NCBI GenBank assembly: GCA_963774955.1
Contig: CAVZGV010000003.1
Location: forward strand, 256,771-320,770
Length of the DNA stretch: 64,000 bases
Direction of reading: 5' to 3'
Source: Candidatus Falkowbacteria bacterium
GTDB lineage: Bacteria > Patescibacteriota > Patescibacteriia > CAIXNZ01
Part shown: positions 58,201 through 64,000 of the stretch, piece after piece
How the letters are laid out: each line of letters opens with the position of its first letter
Numbering within the stretch: the first letter of the stretch is position 1
Notes under the pieces: generated by a model
Told to the model about the DNA's origin: nothing
Seen by the model: the letters and a program-made list of their open reading frames with translations, nothing else
Database searches by the model: none
Translations under genes and position numbers: made by a program

Positions 58201-59099
58201 CGCCGATACTTATAGCTTTGGCGCTATTAAATACAGTGCCTTTAATCTTGGCTTTGAGTATTTACCTGTTGCCGTATCTGCATCTGCTTTTCCTGGAGCC
58301 GTTATTAATTTTGTTCGGCAAGAAGAGGAAAAAGTGGGGCGTAGTTTACAATGCTTTAACCAAAATACCAATAGATTTAGCTTTGGTCAGATTGTACCGT
58401 AAAAATGATAATATGCTGGTGCAGACGAGGGTCACGGATAAGGAAGGCAGATATATCATCATTGCCAAAGAACCCGGTAAATATTATCTGAGCGTAACCA
58501 AACCGGGATTTATCAGCCCGACCAGATATTTGAAAGATGAAAAGCAAGATACAAAATATCTGGATCTGTATCACGGTGAAGTGATTGAAGTGACAGAAAA
58601 AGATGCGGTCATCACCGCCAATATCCCGTTGGATCCAGCGGAAAAGATGGTTTTACCGATAAAAGAGGTTGTCAGAAGTTATCTGCTCAAGAACTTAAGA
58701 TTAATTATTTCCTATATCGGGATGGTCCTGGCTTTGCTGATAGTGATTATTTATCCCACAGTAATAACCATTGGAGCTTTGATTTTGCATGTTATTTTGT
58801 TCTTGATTTTCCGCAGGATGATAGTGCCGGCCAAACCTAAACGTTGGGGCATTGTTTATGATGCCGAAAACAAGGCGCCATTACATCAGGCTATTGTCAG
58901 AATATTTGATACCAGATTTAATAAATTGCTGGAAACGCAGGTGACTGACCGTAATGGCCGCTATGCCTTTTTGGTGGGTAAAAATGAATACCAGCTGTTG
59001 ACTGAAAAAGAAGGTTACAAACCCAAAGAAGTTAAGCCTGTTGACCTGGTTAAAAATGAGGAGATTGTCAATCTGGATTTGGGGTTAAGTAAAAATTAA
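52236..59099 (+). CDS. Giant cell-surface protein, paralog 3 (2287 aa). A different N-terminal anchor and ~15 W-repeat blades replace the Kelch region; the C-terminal module is shared with paralogs 1 and 2
   Basis: Continuous ORF. Repeats of type [VI]xF[TI]xWxGxxWxxMxG run through residues ~100-1500. A CxxC-rich segment (LYCGDGICNNGEICTSCSADCGIC) precedes the conserved FN3, DUF11, Cys-repeat, Pro-linker and TM/CarbopepD_reg module. Confidence 0.9.
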   Translation: MNRLKIKPLIFWRFVNEKVKLIFLGLIFILSIATVGLIIKNIIKAAPDIYSEDFTTTIFYDQENTTADWSTSIGQVSVAKEWVKSDGTKTYYENISRELYTSRNPAVVVNNSNQPYIFWENDTTGSGSYDYYFTRGNLIAEPADWQKMDGISGWENISSNPAGGPVNGKMAIDLSDKPYFVWQEANDIFFSYWTGSAWRGLQNPAASFDNLSQSAVLGYTASLPQISIDQWDRVFVAWQGNTATSNEIMVTMWDKLNPANSKWSSITGKNYCLHGSNDGTVCTDNSVCTGGGICVGYENISKTDKNSANPRLAIGTGSLPYPQLIWIENNGTYNQIVYSKWTYFSNTAFCGNSQYACWTNMAGTVKGFENISQCATFNCTYTSSDNFKLDSNGFPQLIWHTGLSSNTRLNFIHWDGSLWSGMAGLPGREIPDPTPIYNNDYKLAINQDDYPQLVFSAGSTRSALLFIHWNGSAWTGINNVPGVEVVRNFPAREPKIVVDNNNQVNLLWLDDSVDDGLNYFNVYFTKSNNNVWTRYSGSGNCTVGGALCTSDFDCSGSGYCQKIGFDNLSNTAWNNNNPNIAMAENGNLYVVWSAGDLSYTFKPEINFTYLDSVSKSWSVLRPGAESTTTLLGEKHSYATSLKIATSPLAPYSPYMMWEDDCSVSPYPTISDENQDDVCFMRWDGNNWVDMNGNLGNEEVTDNFIERRFFSKYYSPFRGSNNLLFDSLGNPYLIWVDQLSGSNNKDLNLTKWNGSSWVNMDNQRRCVYGVNAGNVCLLDRDCFDDLDLAVPRSLTGDGRCISDLCDGGVSDGYVCSRDLECMDKLNDGYCTGVENISNDPEGNYLITGDYYSHQAAVIDSADNLYLVWPEETSPGNPDDIFFTKWNGFAWVNMDGVTLGKENISNSAKVSYKPIIVFDNLANPYIIWQESPIGTYLLDPEVWLTHWDSGTNSWKSMDLSSSIEKIDVLAGGRSTINEDSVQFDGSNRPNILYNYYDAFGNYKVFFLRWDGSSWVDMAGTGSYDQFTNFYDGQLKFDSSYNPHIVMVDEINRLVKFTRWFGGQWSTMAGSPGIETIIENTEPYSAPIWELDTFDRPRVFWMDETEGYAINARDVFYTQWNGSDWVDVYNNPGYTNITHHYVAPMLDFDVVKDGNDNLHLINNKFEYNVNLYYSKLSVPTDYYRIVQSSDVYPGPLTDIVKSATLTTVTDNAGGNVTINYAVSNDYGNTWLPAPLGTEIVFNSAPTLKWRAYLKTTNETIVPTINDLTINYSTLAPPVGLYCGDGICNNGEICTSCSADCGICPPPPIILVTPAGTSDTICWDSIPEDPSDVVLPVLPCTATSPSAISWNFTDNAVCEAGYRLYDAATDIRMKYVEQPNLSTIEETGLATNIQYSRYVTAYNAAGESGSNTALSCFTLAKVPNKPIILSANENEIILQIDPNDGNPVGTEYEIKELLTNQFVQADGTFGSGETWQTYAAWGGDSGLAVIGELPAAEQPLYEEPSQQPDLNAAFHISLTAGQNYSFAVQAKNGDGIPTGFSSATGSTSGPTGPAPVLAPIITAAKGVAINLVRNSNYNVNIFAAALAESGFGFNANTSKTESLLREFSLILNLLILILLGFLSGSIISSFSHLGKDLNWQKRLKLLGQMFVKEPAVMFSEQAQPDKNGIYQISFEKHKQSQLNAQKHVKRALGLIAIKAVVLVTLLTGLAGVNHLGKAQTAPYDQSGTAVNVGDKLSYIIEISNSGTAAANDAVVMDTIDSNLENFTVTGIINCGTYTDKSTATVLNVDGVDVAEASTCVITYTAKVKTGTEGNTITNQALALGPDFATVTTNITINSINAAPALVCGNNKLDPGEQCDPTGCASDERCVSCRCQPIPPAPVCGNSIVETGEQCDNSACGADQICSNCACQSVIPPIPPVIPPPVTPPGTLPPGTLPPGTPPGTLPPSTPPGIPLITPIISSISGAIDQILPEQLKAILDNPQVEQTSQNIVTPILIALALLNTVPLILALSIYLLPYLHLLFLEPLLILFGKKRKKWGVVYNALTKIPIDLALVRLYRKNDNMLVQTRVTDKEGRYIIIAKEPGKYYLSVTKPGFISPTRYLKDEKQDTKYLDLYHGEVIEVTEKDAVITANIPLDPAEKMVLPIKEVVRSYLLKNLRLIISYIGMVLALLIVIIYPTVITIGALILHVILFLIFRRMIVPAKPKRWGIVYDAENKAPLHQAIVRIFDTRFNKLLETQVTDRNGRYAFLVGKNEYQLLTEKEGYKPKEVKPVDLVKNEEIVNLDLGLSKN
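56660..59099. repeat. Partner copy of the ~2.4 kb near-identical 3' block (see 49640-52087)
   Basis: See the partner feature. In addition, 56460-56640 matches giant gene 1 (41563-41705) rather than gene 2, so the gene is a mosaic. Confidence 0.85.
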
Positions 59100-59110
59100 A
59101 GTTTTCCACA

Positions 59111-59136
59111 AGAGCCCCGCGCTGCGGGGCTTTTTT
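59111..59136 (+). terminator. Rho-independent terminator after giant gene 3
   Basis: AGCCCCGCGCTGCGGGGCTTTTTT. A TGTTATAAT promoter sits at 59158-59166. Confidence 0.65.
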
Positions 59137-59190
59137 ATATAAAATGCCTGTATTTTATGTTATAATATATAAAGAAGGATAATTGATTTA

Positions 59191-62100
59191 ATGAACGAAA
59201 ATTTGCCAAATTATATGAGATATCTAAAAAACACTTCGGTTATTGCTCTGAGTGCTATTATAGTGTTGGTCTCTATTTTTATATTTATTTTTTTTCGTTT
59301 TCAACAGTACATAATTAGGCCGGTAAAGGGGCTGCCGTTAAATAACCCGATTATTTATGAGAATATTACTGGTGAAGTATTTGCCAGCGGTGATTTTAAT
59401 AATGATAATAAAGGTGATTTGGCGACTATCAGTTCCGGGGCTTTAAAAGTTTATTTGGGGACAGGGGCCAGTGCGTTTTCCGCTCCTTTGAGTTTGAATG
59501 TCGGTATAAGCAATCTTAATGATTTGAAAACTGCGGATATAAATAATGACGGTAATTTTGATTTAATTGTTGCAGCCCAAGGCAATACTACCATGGCAAT
59601 TTTTCTTGGCGCCGGTGACGGAACTTTTACTGCTGGTAGCGGCGTTAATATCGGGCTGGTAACAAAAAGTATTACTTTGGCCGATATAAATAATGATAAT
59701 AATGTTGATTTGCTGTATTTAGCAGATAATACTGCGAAGTTTTATTCTAGGCTCGGCAATGGCGCCGGCGCTTTCCAGGCCGCAACAGAATATACAGGGG
59801 TTAGCAACCAGAAATCTATAACCAGTGCAGATTTTAATAATGATAGTTATGCGGACGTCGCGATTATCGGTAATTCAGTCCAAATATTTATAAATGACGA
59901 TAATGGCGGATTTATTGAAGGAGCCAATTATATCCAATCAGGTTCAAAAATTATTGCCGCCGATATTACCAATGATAACTTTGTAGATTTAGTTTTTGTC
60001 GGCAGTAAGGTGGTGACATTAATCAATAAAGGGAATGCTTCTTTTATCCTGGGTGAAATTTATGATGGGAGTTCTTCTGTATACATTACGGGCACATCAC
60101 TATTTACAGGTGATTATAACAACGATGGAGAAAATGACGTCGGTGTTATTTTTAGTAATAAATTGTATCTTTATTATAACCAGAGTGTTTTATATATAAC
60201 TTATTTATCCCCGCCTGGCGTCTTTGTCGGCGAATCTGCCTTTACTTTGACTGTTAATGGCAGTGGTTTTAATAGCAATTCGATTGTCAGATTTAACGGC
60301 AATAATAAAACAACTGTTTATATAAACCCGAATCAAATAGAGGCAACGATAGCCGCCGGTGATGTCAGTGAAACTAGTACTAATGATGTTACGGTCTATG
60401 ATAGCTCCAGCGGAGTAGAATCCGTCATGAGGTTTTTTTATGTTATACCTGGATTTTTTGACGCTCAAAATTTTAGTACCGGCACTCAGCCAACCTCCCT
60501 TTACACAGCAAATTTAAACGGGGATAGTTTTCCAGATTTGGCCGTGGCTAATTCGGGCAGTAATAATATTTCCATAAAACTGGGCCGCGGTGACGGCATG
60601 TTTATACCGGCTAATCCAGAGACCATTGCTGTAAATAACCAGCCGAATTCAATCGCTGGCGGAGATTTTAACGGGGATACTTATATTGATTTGGTTGTAG
60701 CCAATAAAGGTTCTGATAATTTAAGCGTATTGATGGGTAACGGCTTGGGTGGATTTACTGCGGCGACGGCTATCACAGCCGGCAGTCAGCCGGAAAAAGT
60801 CATTGTGACTGATTTTAATAATGACGATAATCTTGATCTGGCTGTTGCTTGTTCCGGCAGTAATAATATAAAAGTATTTTTAGGTAATGGCCTGGGCGGG
60901 TTTGCGCAGTCTGAAGCTGATGCTGTCGGTACTCAACCGCGATCCTTAGCTTCTGCTGATTTTAATAAAGACGGATTTAAAGATTTGGCGGTCGCTAATT
61001 ATGGTAGTACATCCATTTCAATTTTATTAGGTAATGGTAACGGTACCTTCATGGCAGCAGATCCAGCGACAATTACGACTGGCTTACAACCTATTTCAGT
61101 GGCTGACGCTGATTTTAACGGCGATAATTTTCCTGACCTAATTGTGGCTAATTACGGTGAAAATACAGTCAAGATTTTTCTTGGTGATGGCGAAGGTCAT
61201 TTTGCAGAATCAGCTGAATTAAATACTGATATTCAACCGCGGGTTGTCAGTACACAGGATTTTAACGGTGATGATATTGATGATTACGCGGTAGTAAACT
61301 ATGGCGCAAATAATATGATCATGGTTTTAGGCAATGGTGACGGTACTTTTTATTCAGCGATTAATTATGATTTGGGGACTCAACCACTAGGTATAATAAA
61401 TGGTGATTTTAATAATGATAGCAGAATAGATTTTGCGGTCGCTAATAATGGTAGTAATAATATATCCATCATTTTAAAAAGAAAAATAATTGATATTAAT
61501 ATTTTAAAGCCTGAAAATCGTTATAATGTCAATTTATGGCCTAAGGGGCTTGTAAGTGGCGATATTGATGGCGATGGTTATAAAGATTTAATGGTGGTCA
61601 ATGAAGGACCAAATACTGTTAGTCTTTTACATAATGATAGAGATGGAACGTTCACAGCCCTATCAGAATTTGACGTAGCTGATAGACCTATTGGTGTAGA
61701 TTCTGCTGATTTAAACGCAGATGGCCGTGAAGATATGGTGGTAACAACTGGTAACAGTGCTAATTATTCTGTTTTTTTAGGTAAACCAGACGGAACGTTG
61801 CCAAATGTAAAAAATTATAACCTGCCGACTTATCCAAATGGTTTCACGGCTGGTGATTTCAATGGTGACAGTATTTATGATGTCGCCGTTTCTCTACAAC
61901 CGACAGCGGAAATTGGTCAAATAGGTGTTTTTTTAGGAAATGGTGATACAAGTTTTACTGCTGGTGATACTTATACTGTAGGTAGGTGGCCGAGTGGGGT
62001 AACATCGGGTGATTTTAATAATGATAATATATTAGATGTAGCTGTCTTTAATAGTTATATTGGAAATATTTCCGTGTTGTTGGGAAATGGTGACGGAACA

Positions 62101-64000
62101 TTTCAAGCTCCTCAAGATTTTGATTTAGGTGCTGACCCTGCAACCGGTGATAACGCAGTTATCAGTATTGATATCAATAATGATAATAATTTAGATATAA
62201 TAGTATCCAGATTCTGGCACGGAGGTGGTGATCCAAATTATAATCGTTGTCTGTCTTATAATTGTTACACTGCACATCCATATCCTATATGTGCAACTTT
62301 AACTTGCCCCGTATTGAGTGGAGATGGAATTTTTATTTTATTGGGAGATGGTGACGGTACTTTTCAGAATTATCAGGGCTATGGCGATTTAATAAATTCT
62401 CATTTTGTTATCGCCGCTAAAATTAATAACGATAATTACTATGATTTAATCACTAGCAAGGTGGATGATAATCAACTAGTTGTTTTATTTAATAATACAA
62501 CTGGGGGTTTTGATTCTGAAGATATAGTAACTTATGATTTTACTAATCCTTACCCCGCTATAGCTGCAAGTGGTGACCTTGATAATGATGGTGATAATGA
62601 TCTTGCTGTCGCTACAGCTTTAGAAAACAAATTGTATATAATGATGAATGATGGTTCGGGATCATTAACAACTAATGAAGTAAAATCTATTGATATTTCA
62701 CCTTCTAATTTAAGAATTATTGATTTTAATAATGATGGATTTGAAGATATTGTAATATCAACCCAAAATGCAACAAATGAGGTTCCTGTATATTTGAATA
62801 ATGGTGATGGTACATTTAGCAACCCTGTTAATTATTCTGGTGCAGCGGATACGATGAGTATGGAATTTTTTGATAATAACAATGATGACATTGTTGATAT
62901 TATTTCTTTAAGTAATTCAAAACAATTAGTTTCTACTTTGGTTAGTAATGGTGATGGAACTTTTGATACCCCAAGGATTTTTGGCGGCGCTGATGGTCCG
63001 ATTTCTCATGTTTTGCATGATGATTTTAATAATGATGGTAACTTGGATTTATTGGTGGGGCCTAGAGTTGAATTTGGAGATGGAACAGGGCAATTTTCAT
63101 CGGCTGTTGATTCGGTAGAAGGAATGTCTTTTTATTCTAATACCAGTGGTGATTTTGATGAAGATGGAGATATTGATTTAGCCGGACTTGATTGGCCAGG
63201 TATGGACAGAATGGCGGTTTCTTTTAACGATGGCAATGGAAATTTCGGTAGCCCGACATATTATTCTGTTTCTTCTTTACCTTGGGACATTATTTCGGCT
63301 GATTTTAATAATGATGGTCATCTGGATTTAGCGGTGGCTAGTCAATATGCCGCTCAAATTTCTATGTTTATGGGTAACGGAACTGGTTATTTTAGTAATG
63401 CAGTACCAGCAAATTTATATTATAGTGTTCAGTCGTTAATTAATGAAGATTTTAATGGCGATGGCAGGGAAGATCTGGTTGTCTTGAACAGTCCTAATTA
63501 CTTATCAATTTTATTGGGTAACGATAATTTAACTTTCCAGCCGCCCGTTGATTATAATGTGGGTAGCGGACCGTATCAGGTAATTACTGATGATTTTAAT
63601 AATGATCAGCGACCCGATCTGGCATCTACAAATACTGACCTTTCTAATATCTCAGTATTTTTAGGCGATGTTATTACCGCACCGCAAATTTATCATCCCG
63701 GGGTTGGGGTGATTGGAACTCCCAGCAAGCCGGTTGAATTTGATTGTCAGGCTTTATCCGGCCAAACAATACGTTGGTCATTTGATAACATCTCAGCCGA
63801 TGCTATCGGCTTTAATTTATATGCCACTGATGGATTAATTTACAGTACTGAGGGTGAAGATATTACGGATTTAAATTATATTGATGAATCAGACTTGGAG
63901 CCAAATACTTTATATGAGGATAGATTTGTCAGGATATTTAATAACAATGGAGAATCTCCCGCATCTAATGATGCCAGTTGCTATACCCTGGTTAATGAAC
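59191..64000 (+). CDS. Giant surface protein 4 (partial, >1600 aa, runs off the window). Domains: N-terminal TM, more than 20 FG-GAP/VCBS (integrin-alpha-like) repeats, an IPT/TIG-like domain, and an FN3-like module related to paralogs 1-3
   Basis: The frame from the ATG at 59191 stays open to the window end. I checked codons at 60481 and 63961. Repeats of type TGxxPxSxxxADFNGDGxxDLAVANxGSNNISVLLGNGxGxF. The end reads ...NNNGESPASNDASCYTLVNE, which resembles ...YNAAGES...ASCYTLAKV of paralogs 1-3. Confidence 0.8.
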   Translation, partial: MNENLPNYMRYLKNTSVIALSAIIVLVSIFIFIFFRFQQYIIRPVKGLPLNNPIIYENITGEVFASGDFNNDNKGDLATISSGALKVYLGTGASAFSAPLSLNVGISNLNDLKTADINNDGNFDLIVAAQGNTTMAIFLGAGDGTFTAGSGVNIGLVTKSITLADINNDNNVDLLYLADNTAKFYSRLGNGAGAFQAATEYTGVSNQKSITSADFNNDSYADVAIIGNSVQIFINDDNGGFIEGANYIQSGSKIIAADITNDNFVDLVFVGSKVVTLINKGNASFILGEIYDGSSSVYITGTSLFTGDYNNDGENDVGVIFSNKLYLYYNQSVLYITYLSPPGVFVGESAFTLTVNGSGFNSNSIVRFNGNNKTTVYINPNQIEATIAAGDVSETSTNDVTVYDSSSGVESVMRFFYVIPGFFDAQNFSTGTQPTSLYTANLNGDSFPDLAVANSGSNNISIKLGRGDGMFIPANPETIAVNNQPNSIAGGDFNGDTYIDLVVANKGSDNLSVLMGNGLGGFTAATAITAGSQPEKVIVTDFNNDDNLDLAVACSGSNNIKVFLGNGLGGFAQSEADAVGTQPRSLASADFNKDGFKDLAVANYGSTSISILLGNGNGTFMAADPATITTGLQPISVADADFNGDNFPDLIVANYGENTVKIFLGDGEGHFAESAELNTDIQPRVVSTQDFNGDDIDDYAVVNYGANNMIMVLGNGDGTFYSAINYDLGTQPLGIINGDFNNDSRIDFAVANNGSNNISIILKRKIIDINILKPENRYNVNLWPKGLVSGDIDGDGYKDLMVVNEGPNTVSLLHNDRDGTFTALSEFDVADRPIGVDSADLNADGREDMVVTTGNSANYSVFLGKPDGTLPNVKNYNLPTYPNGFTAGDFNGDSIYDVAVSLQPTAEIGQIGVFLGNGDTSFTAGDTYTVGRWPSGVTSGDFNNDNILDVAVFNSYIGNISVLLGNGDGTFQAPQDFDLGADPATGDNAVISIDINNDNNLDIIVSRFWHGGGDPNYNRCLSYNCYTAHPYPICATLTCPVLSGDGIFILLGDGDGTFQNYQGYGDLINSHFVIAAKINNDNYYDLITSKVDDNQLVVLFNNTTGGFDSEDIVTYDFTNPYPAIAASGDLDNDGDNDLAVATALENKLYIMMNDGSGSLTTNEVKSIDISPSNLRIIDFNNDGFEDIVISTQNATNEVPVYLNNGDGTFSNPVNYSGAADTMSMEFFDNNNDDIVDIISLSNSKQLVSTLVSNGDGTFDTPRIFGGADGPISHVLHDDFNNDGNLDLLVGPRVEFGDGTGQFSSAVDSVEGMSFYSNTSGDFDEDGDIDLAGLDWPGMDRMAVSFNDGNGNFGSPTYYSVSSLPWDIISADFNNDGHLDLAVASQYAAQISMFMGNGTGYFSNAVPANLYYSVQSLINEDFNGDGREDLVVLNSPNYLSILLGNDNLTFQPPVDYNVGSGPYQVITDDFNNDQRPDLASTNTDLSNISVFLGDVITAPQIYHPGVGVIGTPSKPVEFDCQALSGQTIRWSFDNISADAIGFNLYATDGLIYSTEGEDITDLNYIDESDLEPNTLYEDRFVRIFNNNGESPASNDASCYTLVNE

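Overview
This is a 64 kb, AT-rich window (about 35-40% GC by eye) with tightly packed genes, the standard genetic code, weak or leaderless translation starts, and recurrent extended -10 promoters of the form TGnTATAAT. The gene content points to a reduced-genome bacterium of the CPR/Patescibacteria type: a PduL-like phosphotransacylase paired with acetate kinase, a compact type IV pilus module, RecJ, LigA, HPF, MurJ, CcdA, CorA and MsrB. I found no rRNA, tRNA or CRISPR array.

Four things stand out:
- A ~7.5 kb compositional island (~20.56-28.09 kb) of clearly higher GC (~55% by eye) sits between recJ and rnhA. It encodes an 833-aa all-helical protein, two small paralogous proteins, a 940-aa VIT-vWA protein with an acidic Cys-cluster tail and a putative PilZ protein. 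Upstream of the large helical gene is a 4+4 palindromic array of the heptamer TACAAAT.
- The second half of the window (36.6-64.0 kb) is a tandem array of four giant cell-surface genes of about 2.3-2.55 k aa each. Three are paralogs with beta-propellers, FN3, DUF11/CARDB-like and Myxococcus-type Cys-rich repeats, plus a C-terminal module of interleaved TM helices and two CarboxypepD_reg-like domains. Copies 2 and 3 share a ~2.4 kb near-identical 3' block, and copy 3 is a mosaic that also contains a segment identical to copy 1, which indicates gene conversion. The fourth gene is built from FG-GAP/VCBS repeats.
- lepA (EF4) is present only as a multiply frameshifted pseudogene.
- A GxxExxY-protein gene sits between 17-bp perfect inverted repeats (CACGAAAAAACACGAAA), and related CACGAAAA motifs recur at three other intergenic sites.

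All coordinates and calls come from reading the sequence and the supplied ORF track. No database searches were run.
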